A stretch of DNA of 63,909 bases, filler included, from Octopus bimaculoides (Eukaryota): NCBI RefSeq assembly GCF_001194135.2. It is 7 parts of 5 records of this genome, joined end to end, with 100 filler letters (N's around TTAATTAATTAA, not from the genome) between each part and the next. Parts side by side here need not be neighbours in the genome. Positions count along the whole stretch, not along the records: positions 43,849 to 55,269 come from NC_068988.1; positions 55,370 to 59,106 come from NC_068983.1; positions 59,207 to 62,809 come from NC_068981.1; positions 62,910 to 63,909 come from NW_026411411.1; 3 more parts are not named here. One strand, written 5' to 3'. Positions 51,540 through 63,875 of the stretch are shown one piece after another. Below the pieces are notes generated by a model. The model saw only the letters and a list, made by a program, of their open reading frames with translations. It was not told the origin of the DNA and made no database searches. Position numbers and translations under genes: made by a program. Position 1 is the stretch's first letter. Each line of letters begins with the position of its first letter.

Positions 51540-51574
<35 letters not shown>

Positions 51575-51762
51575 CATCATCATCATCATCATCGTTTAAC
51601 GTCCGCTTTCCATGCTGGCATGGGTTGGACGGTTTGACGAGGACTGGCAAGCCAGAAGGCTGCACCAGGCTCCAATCTGATTTGACAGAGTTTCTACAGC
51701 TGGATGCCCTTCCTAACGCCAACCACTCCGAGTGTGTAGTGGGTGCTTTTATGTGCCACCGG
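51575..51762 (-). mobile_element. RTE-type tail repeat family E
   Basis: (CAT)n CGTTTAACGTCCGCTTTCCATGC...GGATGCCCTTCCTAACGCCAACC. Confidence 0.8.
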
Positions 51763-52030
51763 TACACAAGTGTTGGTTATTGCGTGGCAATTACTCTACT
51801 GAGCGTAATAACTAGGCAAGGGTAATAAGTGGTTTTACCCTTAATTTATACAGCAAGAAGAAAATGGGGATTCAGAGGGAGTATGTGTAAAGATAGTGTT
51901 TTATGTTAAACACTGTCTTTATACATGTATATATATTCTCAGAATTGTTCAAAATAAAAAAAATAGGCATAATATAATGTCTAACAGTTGATGCATACTA
52001 CCTCTGGATCCCCTCCATTTTCTTCTTGCC

Positions 52031-52074
<44 letters not shown>

Positions 52075-52199
52075 ACACATGAAATTTAGAGATGCACTAG
52101 TTGAAGCACATATAAGACAGCTGAAGAGATGTAAGGTAGAATAGAATTGGAGGTTCCTTAGAGGCAACCAGCCAAGGAGCCATACACTAAATCTGTTCC

Positions 52200-53690
52200 A
52201 GTCAGAATGGTGAAGTAGATGAACCATAAAAGTGAAGAGACAGGCTTGGAATGACTGGATGAATGAAGGCGTCAGAAAATCATACCAGGTATCTAGAAGA
52301 GAAGCGAGAGAACAAGTTTACGTAGCAGAGGGAGAAACCAAAAGGAAGAGGTTTGCCAACTTCTGTGGCATGGAAATTAGAAGTGTAAGGTCTTTTGGAT
52401 TGCAAGATGGTGTATCAGGGAGAATTGAGATGTTGCGATGGAGATGCGTGTATGGAAGGATAATGGTACATTTGTACTTAGTGATGCTGAAGAGAAAGAG
52501 GCATAGATGTGCTATGGTGAAAGGCTATTGAATGTGAAGAATGCATAGGAGAAAGAGGGTCTTTCTAATGGGGACCCAACAGTAGGGACCAGCTATTCTA
52601 GCTGACAGCTGTGTGATAGGTTAGGTGATTAAGGATACAAAAGCAGGGAAAGCCTCTGCTCCATGAAGAACCATCACTGGCAAAATATAATATGAGGTAA
52701 TCACCCTTATAGTTAATGAGTTTGTCCAGGAAGGTGTCATCCCCAGTGATGGACATAGCAGCATCTTAATCTGTTGTTACAAGGGTATGGGAGATGCTTC
52801 ACACAGAAGTAATTACTGAGGGATCAAATTGCTGAATCAGGTCACAAAAGTTACAGAAAGAGCTACAGCATAATTAATTAGGAAGAGAATTTGATTAGAT
52901 GAGATGCAGTTTAATTTAGCTCCTGGGAGAAGTACTACTGATTCTGTCTTTGTAGTAAGGTAACTGTTAAAGGTGATCTGTTATACTTAGTGTTTGTTCA
53001 CTTGGTGAAAGCCTTCAACAGGGTCCTTTGTTTTGTGGTCCGGTGGTTGTTGAGGAAGCTAGGAGTTGATGAATGACCATACATATACAAAGGTGCTGTC
53101 AATCAAGTGAGAGTTAGCAATGAATTTAGTGTGCAGGTAGGAGTGTATCGAAATTCAGTCCTCAGTCCTCTCTTATTCTCCATTGTCCTCCAGGCCGTAA
53201 CATAGGAAATTTCATATCATGTACCTAGTCAAAACTATGGACACACAAGATGTGCAGTGGAGTCACAGGAAGGTTTCAAATTTTGGCGCAAGTCCAGCAA
53301 GTTAGGGAGAGGCAGTAATAAGTTGACTACATCGACCCCAGTACTCAACTGGTAATTATTTTATCAACCTCGAATGAATGAAAGGCAAAGTCACCCTTGG
53401 TGGAATTGAACCCAGAATGTAAAGACAGCTGAAATGCTACTAAGCCTTTTGCCCAATATGCTAATGAGTCTGCCTGCTTGCTGCCTTAAGCCATTGGAAG
53501 GTTAACAGAACATACCCATTGTATGTATCAGAGGTGCTGGAGCAATAAATGCTGAGAACAGATGGGGAATGGATTTCCTTAAATGCTAAGGAATATTCTT
53601 GGAGATGGCAGATAATTTCTGTTGCTTAAACAATGCTATTAACAATGGAAGAGGAGCTTCTGAAGGGATCAAATAAAAAAGATCAAAGGT
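52200..53690 (+). mobile_element. Decayed RTE-clade LINE reverse transcriptase, interrupted by a family A SINE (about 53270-53490)
   Basis: IPSDGHSSILICCYKGMGDA..SNY*GIKLL; EMQFNLAPGRSTTDSVFVVR; VFVHLVKAFNRV; VLSPLLFSIVL; LEMADNFCCL. These are RTE RT motifs with stops and frameshifts. Confidence 0.85.
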
Positions 53691-54189
53691 CATTCCCGAG
53701 CCAGAAGATCATAAGGCCAGTTTCCTCTATTCTGGGACATATAAATTCCCTCCTTGGCTGGAACACTGGTTCATCATAGAACTGCTCATTTTGACCAGCT
53801 GAGTGAACTGGAGCAATGTGAAATGAAGTGTTTTCCTCAAGAACACAATGCATCACCCTGTCTGGGTATTGAAACCAGCTATCTCAAAACTATGGTAGAG
53901 TTTAATAATGTTTTGTTTTGGCTGAGTTAGCCTCTTGTTATTCAGTTTTGCCTACAGAGCAAACTAAGAGTATAGTAAAACTGATATATGTTCATGTGTG
54001 TGTGCGTGTTTGTGTATATATCTTTGTCTTTTACATTTTATCGCTTACTAGTTTCAGCTAAAGGTTGGGGCCATGCTGGAGCGCTACCTTTCAGTGAGTT
54101 TGGGTCTCCTTTCTGTACTGCTTTCTCCGAAGGAACAAGTTGTATGGAGTTGCCCTTGTTGTGGGTTCATCTTAAATTTCAGACAGAAA

Positions 54190-54690
54190 TATGTCCAGAT
54201 CCCTTTTGAAGGTTTCCACATCTACACCTCACAAATCTCTTAGGTTCTTTAGCAGGATGTTTAACAGTAGGCGTCCCCTGAAACACAAGCTTTTGCAATA
54301 CTGGGCCCTTATTTGAGATGGAGAAGACGGGATCTTTCGTATTATGCAGTGCCATCCAGTTTGATGGTTGGTATAGCTTTTAGTTCCAAAGTTGGGAGCT
54401 AGACCTTCCAGGATCTTCCATATGTACATCACTGCATACCTTTCTCGCCTTCTCTCGAGGGAGTAGAGATTCAGTCCTTGTATCCTCTCCCAGTTGCTCA
54501 TCCGTTTCACTGAGTTAATCTTCTTTGTGGAGTGGCACTGGATTGCCTCGAGTTCTGCCACCAGTTCGACCACAGTTGGGAGCAGTCATTCAGATGACTG
54601 AGAACAAAAGTTCTTCATAGGGGTAGCAAAGTACCCTTATTTCTGGTTCTGAATGATCTAAGGATCCATCCACCTAATCACCTACACAAT
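54190..54690 (-). mobile_element. CR1/L2-group LINE C-terminal remnant
   Basis: GWILRSFRTRN..LLPL*RTFVLSHLNDCSQLWS and WERIQGLNLYSLERRRERYAVMYIWKILEGLAPN. Confidence 0.85.
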
Positions 54691-54739
54691 GTTGCCCCCT
54701 TGGTAATTTGCACATGGGATATTGTATCATTACTCATGT

Positions 54740-54776
<37 letters not shown>

Positions 54777-54777
<1 letters not shown>

Positions 54778-55086
54778 CAATAAGAAAATGGAGGAGAATA
54801 TGTGGTGCTCATCAACTTGCAGACATTGTACTATGTCAATTAACCTGTTTATTTTTCAACCAAGAGGACAATAAAAACAATATACAAACACATATGACAC
54901 ACTATGTCATATCAGTAATTAAAAATTGAAAATTCAAAAGGACATCTATTGACCGGACATAGTGTGTCACATGTCTTTGTATATTGTTTTATTGTCCTTT
55001 TGGTTGAAAAATAAACAGGTAAATTGACATAATACAATGTCTGCAAGTTGATCAGTACCACATATTCCCCTCCATTTTCTTATTGC
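54777..55086. mobile_element. Palindromic MITE with ~131-bp arms inserted at TA
   Basis: 54777-54908 pairs with 54956-55086 (about nine differences by eye); 47-bp spacer; partial copy at about 51950-52030. Confidence 0.85.
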
Positions 55087-55269
55087 TATATAAATTTAGG
55101 GTGAAATATCTTTTTACCCTCACCCATTTATTGCACTTGGTAAAAACACTAGTGTAATAATAATTGGGTACCCTCCCAGCAGTATATTGGATAGATATTA
55201 TCCCTTAGTGGGTTGCATTCACAACCCTTAATTTTCTTGGATTATATATATATATATATATATATATAT

Positions 55270-55369
55270 NNNNNNNNNNNNNNNNNNNNNNNNNNNNNNN
55301 NNNNNNNNNNNNNTTAATTAATTAANNNNNNNNNNNNNNNNNNNNNNNNNNNNNNNNNNNNNNNNNNNN
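55270..55369. other. Artificial 100-bp assembly spacer
   Basis: 44N-TTAATTAATTAA-44N. Confidence 0.95.
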
Positions 55370-56165
55370 CACTGTGTGAGCACGCGCTACTCTGTTCTTT
55401 TTTCTCTTCTGGCATCTGAAGCCTCGGGAAATGCTCATCAAAAGAACAAGACAAGCGTTCCAAAATTGTGTTTCTCGAAATTTTTCAAATGTCGAGAAGG
55501 AAATTTTTGTATTTTGCTAGGGCCGAAACTGCCCCTGGGGGCCAATTCCTGCCTTTGAAAATACACAGAAATGAAGCCTAGGTGCTTCGCAACAAAAATA
55601 ATAAAAAATTCCAACAAAATGTGGGTAATAGAAGGTCAAAAAGAGGTTTACCTCTGCAGCCGATGTGACAGCACGTCCGTCAGATAGATAGATAGATAGA
55701 TAGAAACATCAGCTCTATCTCGGAGTGCAACGCTTTGTTATAGCAGAAACAGCACTAAGCCAACGAAGATCATTACATAACTCCTGTTCTCTTGTCATTA
55801 CCTAATTGATGCATACATGGTGGCTGTCAACTAGTAGCCGAATATGACCCCCGCTGACAAATTATGTTATCCTCGACGTCAAGGACAATGGTTGTCAGTA
55901 ATTCAGCAATTCCCGTAATGAAATTTAAAGTCACTAACAGCCTTGCACATCACTGCTAAGACTCTCCCCTTCAGAACTAACTGATCTAAAAAAGAAGTAA
56001 AGGCAAGATCTCTATTCGCATTGAAGCAAGCGTTACTTCGGAATTTTCAGCTACGATGGAGATGTCTAAATAAAGACTAGGGGTCTCACTCATTCCCGGC
56101 TGTTGGATTAGCTGTTGAGTCTGAGTTCATTTATCGTTTCACAAATGAAGTTTTTCTTACTGCAG

Positions 56166-56200
56166 GATGTCCAAAGAAAGCTATTCTCCTTATCAAGCAG
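56166..56200 (+). CDS. Candidate 35-nt exon (could start MSKESYSPYQA), unidentified
   Basis: TTTTTCTTACTGCAG acceptor and CAG|GTTTGT donor. Confidence 0.25.
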
Positions 56201-56373
56201 GTTTGTAGGGTTGTCATGCTGGTCGATGGCCTGACCAAGCTGCAGTTTGCATTGGGTTACTTTTTACTAGTAGCACTAAGGGTGGCCTTTATACGTATAC
56301 ATCTACATGCATTTAATATACATATGTATATGTACATATATGTATCTCTCTTTCTCTCTCTCTCTCTGTCTCA

Positions 56374-56433
<60 letters not shown>

Positions 56434-56873
56434 NNNNNNNNNNNNNNNNNNNNNNNNNNNNNNNNNNNNNNNNNNNNNNNNNNNNNNNNNNNNNNNNNNN
56501 NNNNNNNNNNNNNNNNNNNNNNNNNNNNNNNNNNNNNNNNNNNNNNNNNNNNNNNNNNATAAAGGTTTTATATATATATATATACATATATATATGTATA
56601 TATAAAGGTTTTATATATATATATATACATGCATACACACACGTTTATATACATGCTTAAATAAACATATACATATACATACATATATATAGTTACACAC
56701 TCACACATAAAAACATACATATATATATATATATAATTATAATTAAGGGTATCTGAAAGATACCACTATGCTAGATATAGCAGCCACAACTTGACCCTAA
56801 AATCACATTAAGTGCTCATACAGCACCAGGTCAGAAAAGAGACAAAATAAACTAGCAAAAAACTATTGGAAAA

Positions 56874-56929
56874 TTCCAGATCTCGGATTTCTAGCTCTGC
56901 ATAAGAAATGCTTTGCCTCATCAGTGGAA
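56874..56929 (-). ncRNA. Type I hammerhead ribozyme candidate (left arm)
   Basis: Minus strand TTCCA-CUGAUGA-GGCAAAGCATTTCTTATGCAGAGCT-A-GAAA-TCCGAGA-UC-TGGAA: perfect 5-bp stem I and AUC triplet, with an extra A before GAAA. Confidence 0.6.
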
Positions 56930-56950
56930 TACTCACAAAATAGTACATAA

Positions 56951-57035
<85 letters not shown>

Positions 57036-57037
57036 GG

Positions 57038-57091
<54 letters not shown>

Positions 57092-57286
57092 TAGATATCG
57101 ATGTAGATATAGGGCAGGGAATTGTCAATTCATTAATAAATTAATAATTAACAACTTTGCCAATATATATTACATATACGCACGTATATATGCAACATAC
57201 GAATACTTACATATTCATGCGTATATGTAAGTATTCGTATGTTGTATATAAATATATATTTGTATTTATGTACTATTTTGTGTGTA

Positions 57287-57343
57287 TTCCACTGATGAAG
57301 GCAAAGCATTTCTTATGCAAAGCCAGAAATCCGGGATCTGGAA
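57287..57343 (+). ncRNA. Type I hammerhead ribozyme candidate (right arm)
   Basis: TTCCA-CUGAUGA-A-GGC AAA GCAT TTCTT ATGC AAA GCC-A-GAAA-TCCGGGA-UC-TGGAA; predicted cleavage after C57338. Confidence 0.65.
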
Positions 57344-59106
57344 TTACCCAATAATTTTTTGCTAGTTTATTTTGTCTCTTTGTCTTCTCTCCTGGTGCAG
57401 TATGAACATTTATTATGGTTTTAGAGTCAAGTTTTGGCTGCTATATCTAGCATAGATATAGCCACCCAAACATGCACACACGTGTGTGTGTGTGTGTGTA
57501 ACGATGTATATCTATCTATCTATATGTATATATATACATGCACACACATATATGCATACCTACATATACATATGTATATACATAACTCTCTCTCTCTCTG
57601 TCTATATATATATATATATATATACATTTAGATATATTTTGATGCGCTCATGCGCACTCATGCCTCATATATACATGCATACATATATATGTAGATACAA
57701 ATACAATTACATGCAGCCGTACATCAATGTTGCAACATCTTAATACAACGCTATTGCATACTTCTACATCTTTATACAAATAACCGTTAGCTGTGAATAC
57801 ATCTCAATTATTTCGTCCCACTCCATGCTAATATTCTAGATTATTCTCTCTACAATTATCGTATAACATATAAAGATCCTTCTCTCAGACCACGTGTGCA
57901 TGACGTCATATACAAATATCCTGCGTGATTAAATTGTATATTAGGTAGACATTTTATTTTCCTAAACATGTCTGCTTTTCTTCTTTTCCTCATATATTTG
58001 CGCCATTTTTCTTTTGTTGTTGTTGATGGTGGTGGTGATGTTAGTGGTGATGGTGGTGTATTTATTGATTGGTCTTAGAATTTTGTTTTAGTTTAGTTTT
58101 CGCCTGTTCCTCTTCCTCCTCATCTCCTCTTACCCCTCCTCCTCCTGTTTTCTAGCAATCTCGACACATTCTTCTTCTTCTTCTTCTTCTTCTTCTTGCT
58201 GCTAATGTTATTGGTGTTGCTGTTGTTCTTGTCAATTTTATCATCATCATCGTCATCATCATCATTATCATCATCATCATCAACACCACCATTAATTCGG
58301 ATTGTGATACATTCATGTTTAGCAGCCTCGGGATAAAATAAATTTNNNNNNNNNNNNNNNNNNNNNNNNNNNNNNNNNNNNNNNNNNNNNNNNNNNNNNN
58401 NNNNNNNNNNNNNNNNNNNNNNNNNNNNNNNNNNNNNNNNNNNNNNNNNNNNNNNNNNNNNNNNNNNNNNNNNNNNNNNNNNNNNNNNNNNNNNNNNNNN
58501 NNNNNNNNNNNNNNNNNNNNNNNNNNNNNNNNNNNNNTGGGAGTAGAGAAAGAGAGATACATATATAATTATATATATGTCTTCTTCTTCTTCTTCTTCT
58601 TCTTCTTTGTTTTCGTCTTATTATTACTTTTCTTCTTTTTTTTTTCATTTCTTTACCTTTTTCTGCCACTAATTTTCTTTCTGCTACTGTAGCTGTTATT
58701 GTTATTGTTGTTGCAGTTGTGGAGTATATTATTGCATAGTAACATACCTGCATGTTATAGTGGTTTGTCTACGTATAACGTAAGTGTCGTAATTTCCATT
58801 GGTTTGCAATATTTTCTGATGCTCCAAAAATCTTTGTTTTATTTCTGCTCCAACGCCGAGAATTTATTTCAATATTCTAACATTCTAATATTCTGTTATT
58901 CGTAGATAAAATGGTGTATGTATCACACTTTCCTCTACAGAGGAAGAAGAATAGGCGGTGAGGAGGAAGAAATGTTGGTATGGGTATTTAATCGATTCCA
59001 TTAACCGACTGTGAGGGGTGTATAGGCATAAAGGAAAACAACATCTAGACAAAACGCTATATATGGTTGTATATATATGGTTATATATATATATATATAT
59101 ATATAT

Positions 59107-59206
59107 NNNNNNNNNNNNNNNNNNNNNNNNNNNNNNNNNNNNNNNNNNNNTTAATTAATTAANNNNNNNNNNNNNNNNNNNNNNNNNNNNNNNNNNNNNN
59201 NNNNNN
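59107..59206. other. Artificial 100-bp assembly spacer
   Basis: 44N-TTAATTAATTAA-44N. Confidence 0.95.
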
Positions 59207-61344
59207 ATGGAGAGCCGAGGTCATTTCTGGCATTTATCCACAGTAATTTTTTTAAAAATAGGTATGTGAAAGATAATTAATTTTAAATAGCATACTTTTC
59301 TGTAAGAAAATGTTTTTTTCTTACACACACATGGCCTCGCTTAATTAAGGTGGAGAGTAAAAAATTGAAATTATAATTTTTTCATTGATGCTTATATCCC
59401 ACCAATTGGAGTATGCGTGTGGTCAATTGGTATCAATCATTAAGGGAGGAGGAGAGTAAAAAAAAAAAAAAATCATAAATTTTCCAAACTGTTTATTCAT
59501 AAAAAGATGCTTCTCATCATTTCAAAGACTGTGGTGAAAAACAATTAGAAAAATTCCCATCAAAATGGAGAAATTCCAACTTATGTGGTCTTCCTGATCC
59601 GAAACTCTGTTTTTTTTGAAACTTTTCTCCCTACCCACCAGAAAAAATTTTCCTTGCAAATTTCTTTCTATGCCATTTGGAAGATATTTCTATAAGATTT
59701 CATAAATATATATCCATTTCCCTGAAAATTATGAAGGAAGAATCAGATTGTGTGAATTTTCCGAAGTTGCCCCCTCCCCCACCGTTCGTTTGTGCAAATT
59801 TTTTGTTTTCATATTTATTTTCTACACATTGTTTTTACACCTATTACACTTGTTTTTTTTTTTTGGTGACTGGGAGTTTGAAGTAAACATTAACTGATAG
59901 TTGTTGTGTAGTTCCAGTCAATCCTAATCAAGTAGATTTGTGGTACACAGATAGTGAGTTAACTGACAGGATCCAGTATTTATAAGTACTATGCCTTCAT
60001 TGAGTTAAGGATCACACTTCATTATGAGTATTTCATTGTATGCAGTTATGTGGTAGTTTAAATATGATGAATTTTTCCATAGTCTGGTGTGGCTATGCTC
60101 ATATTTTCTGCAGTATGCTCATACTAAAATATATGTGACACTATTTTGTCAAATTATCAATATTTATCAACTATTTTCACTTTCTATTTGGGTTCTTTTG
60201 TTGCAACGTTTCTTCATCAGTTCAGTCATTTCTTGTTTGAGTTGGTTATTTTGGACAGTATTAGGGTTCTGTTGACATCTGGAAAACCATGACAATAGCT
60301 TTAGAATAAAAAAAAAGTACCTTTTGTCACATGAGAATCTGTTCTATTGGACACTTCACATTCACTGTAATCACTATTGTGTACAAAAGCAAACTCAACA
60401 CCTCATGAACGTTTCTTAGTTTTTCTTTGATAAATAGCTGTAGAAATGTAACCTGATGTTACATGCACAGAAAGGTTCTGTTTAGGAGATAAATTCATGA
60501 GGATGACCCTTTAATCAGAGAAGTTGAACTATGAAATACATTTGTTTTCCCGGTGGTTAAAAAGAATACTGTACCAATCCATAATGACATGTCCCAGATA
60601 AGGCTAAGGTTACATATGACAAGCATGCTCCAATTGGAAATATTGATATTCTTGAAAATCTCTTTCACTTGCACATCTAATGAAACAGTTACACTAAAAC
60701 CTGATTAAGCATTACAAACTAATGAACTGTCTATACACTTTGTGCCACATCGTCTTACTTGTATTAACCTTCAAAACACTGATTAAATTTTTGCATATTA
60801 ACATACAGATACTGAATTAATTTGTTAAATGAAACATGTGTACTATGTCATATGAAATGTTGAGATTTCTGGAAAGTGCCCCACTATCAAAAATGAGTTA
60901 ACTTAGTTCCCATGTCTCAAGTGAACATGCACAGAACAGAGTATGCTTGATTCCCACTCAATAAAGGTTAACAGACCTGTTGAAAGATACAGATCTACTT
61001 GAGTATTTTGTTTTAAATGATTAGACTTAAAAATACTGAAATTTTCTGATATTCTAATATATGTACATAACTATATATTTATGTGGGAAGCAGATAATAA
61101 TTTTATGTAAATAATGCTACATTATAATAACAGAAATGGTTTTCAAAACTTGGAGAGGTTCTCTAATTACTACCTGCTAATACTGCTGCAAATTGTCTTT
61201 TAAACTATTATCTCTACAGCTCTGCCAATAGATGTTAGTGGAACTTTTTAATGAATTAAAACCTAATTTAACTGCCACCTTAGATTATTTACACTTTACA
61301 TTGATGTTTATTAGAAGCTGGTTTTGAATAATACAACTCTGAAT

Positions 61345-61526
61345 TCGTTGTCGTCGTTTAACGTCCGCTTTCCATGCTAGCATGGGTTGGACGATTTGAC
61401 TGAGGACTGGTGAAACCAGATGGCTACACCAGGCTCCAATCTGATTTGGCAGTGTTTCTACAGCTGGATGCCCTTCCTAACGCCAACCACTCAGAGAGTG
61501 TAGTGGGTGCTTTTACGTGTCACCCA
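61345..61526 (-). mobile_element. RTE-type tail repeat family E, intronic
   Basis: Nearly identical to 40750-40915. Confidence 0.8.
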
Positions 61527-61680
61527 ATTGGAATAACTAAATTTGACTTGATAGAAGAGTTATAGTAAGATACAAGAAACGATATATATGATTATGTAAC
61601 AGCAGCAGTGATAAGTTTATTCATTAGAAAAATGATTTTAGCAATTTTCCTAATTTTTTTCCCCTCTTCAAACAATCTAG

Positions 61681-61889
61681 TTGAACGCTATGATCCAAGA
61701 ACTAATCGCTGGAATCCAGTGTCGCCAATGGGAACCAGACGAAAACATCTCGGTGTTGCTGTATATAACAACATGATATATGCTGTTGGTGGTCGAGATG
61801 ATACAACAGAGTTAAGTAGTACAGAACGGTATAACCCTCAAACAAACACATGGCAACCAGTTGTAGCTATGACCTCACGACGCAGTGGT
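61681..61889 (+). CDS. KLHL20: Internal exon of a Kelch-like protein 20 / diablo orthologue (Kelch repeats 4-6 region)
   Basis: Encodes (V)[69 protein letters not shown], which matches recalled KLHL20 sequence [34 protein letters not shown]...[16 protein letters not shown] acceptor at 61680, GGT|GTAAGT donor at 61890, 209 nt, phase 1 to 0. Confidence 0.93.
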
Positions 61890-62497
61890 GTAAGTGTTGT
61901 CAGTTTTCTATTTTTGATTTTATTGAAACACAGTATATTTATATTTTAAATATGATTTTGTCTTAAATTCAAATTATGTATTTAATTTAAATCCATCAAT
62001 CTATACCCAATTGTCTCTTCTCTGTCATACATTTACCTTGTATTCTATTTAACCAAACTTCTATTCCTTGAACATGGTTCTTGGTAAATTTATCCTGATT
62101 ACATCCAGTTATCTTTCAAGACTGCATCAATTAATTCTTCTTAGCCTCATGACTCCATCTTTCAGACTTTACATCTTTGAAGCCGTAACTTATATGGTGT
62201 CCTCTGTTTCCTTAAAACATTAAGTTATACATATAACTTAACAGAGACAATTGCTACACTGATATCTCTTAGAAGTTTTGTTCTTAATGACTTTCAGCTT
62301 CCAAAAGGCAATAATTCTGGTCTAGAAAAGTTTACTCAGAACATAATTTTTCTTTTTAGCTATGATTCTTTGTCATTTCTGAATGCATCTTTTCAATTTG
62401 TGGATGGAGTCTCACAATTTAGGACTTCACCATAAATCTGCTTTCTTTTTTGTGTCTTCTTTCTCATTTTTGTGTTCTCAGTTATCAATTCTATTTA

Positions 62498-62809
62498 TGT
62501 ACCCCTCAACATAGATTAGTAGTTAGTGACTTCAGGATCAGGGCTAAATGGATACCCAGAAGTAGACCAGCTTGGAGGAGAAGGGTCTGGAAGCTTAAAG
62601 ATCCTGCAACTGGACAGAGATTTAGAGACATATTACTTGAAGCCTTCAACGAAATAGAAGGAGATATAGCATCACATATTGTGGAAGACAACTGGAGGTT
62701 TCTGTGGGACAACCTGCTGAGAGCTACTGACCAGATCTGTGGATGGCGCAAAGTCCCCTCTTGACCCAAAGTAACGTGGTGGTGGAACAATGTTGTTGAC
62801 AGGGCTATC
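62498..62809 (+). mobile_element. RTE-clade LINE fragment (endonuclease end and linker), truncated by a spacer
   Basis: CTPQHRLVVSDFRIRAKW...VWKLKDP...VEDNWRFL..LLRATDQICGW..*PKVTWWWNNVVDRAI; belongs to the same clade as 52200-53690. Confidence 0.8.
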
Positions 62810-62909
62810 NNNNNNNNNNNNNNNNNNNNNNNNNNNNNNNNNNNNNNNNNNNNTTAATTAATTAANNNNNNNNNNNNNNNNNNNNNNNNNNNNNNNNNNN
62901 NNNNNNNNN
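62810..62909. other. Artificial 100-bp assembly spacer
   Basis: 44N-TTAATTAATTAA-44N. Confidence 0.95.
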
Positions 62910-63480
62910 TATAGATATGTGTGTGTGTGTGTATACATGTAAATATGTGTGTATACACACAGATGTGTGTGTGTGTGCGTGTACACATATAGATGTGTGT
63001 ATGCATGTAGCTGTGTGTATACGTTTAGATGTTTGTGTATACATATAGATGTGTATGTGTATATGGGTGTGTATACATATACTTATGTGTGTATACACAT
63101 AGTTGTGTGTATACATATAGATGTGTGTATGTACATATAGATGTGTGTATATAGGTGTGTATACATATAGTTGTGTGTGTATACATATAGATGTATGTAC
63201 GTGCGTGTGTGTATACATATAGATGTATGTACGTGCGTGTGTGTATGAGTGTGTGTGTGTGTGAAGGGTTGTATGTATGTAGGAGTGCTGGTGTGCGTAT
63301 AAACGTTTCTGTATGTGCGTATATGCTTTGTGTATGTGAGTGTTTATATATAAATATGTGTGCGTGTTTATGTGTATGTACATTCGTGAATGAGCATATG
63401 GGTGTATGTGTATATGTGTGTGTGTATGCATATGTGTGTGTGTGTGTGTGTGCGTGCGCGAGCGCGTATTCTATATGATT
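62910..63480. repeat. Degenerate TG/TA minisatellite (unit like GTGTGTATACATATAGAT)
   Basis: Repeated CATATAGATGT motifs embedded in TG runs. Confidence 0.75.
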
Positions 63481-63530
63481 TTAATTGTTCGGTGTATCTA
63501 AGTATTACGACAGAAACGTAGCTATGTACA

Positions 63531-63564
<34 letters not shown>

Positions 63565-63875
63565 GATTCATGGTTGTATATACATACATATATATGATAT
63601 GTATATATGTATGTATGTATGTTTGAGTTTATGCACATGATTTATATGTTTCTACACACATCAACACAGACACACAGACAGACGACAGACACATGCTCAC
63701 ACATCACGCTTGTCCTGAATATATGGGTTTTCAATTTATTTAAGCTCACTACGACTTGCAATGCTAATAAGCGAAGTTATTGTTGTACATATGTATGTAC
63801 GTATGCTTATACAAATGGACATACATGTGCGTTTAAAAACGCGCCCACACCTACACACACTAATATATATATATG

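Larger units (their letters stand above)
56766..57455. repeat. ~190-bp inverted repeat pair (56766-56955 / 57261-57455) with microsatellite spacer
   Basis: Arms are reverse complements from CTATGCTAGATATAGCAGCC to TAGTACATAAATACA, roughly 85% identical by eye. Confidence 0.9.
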
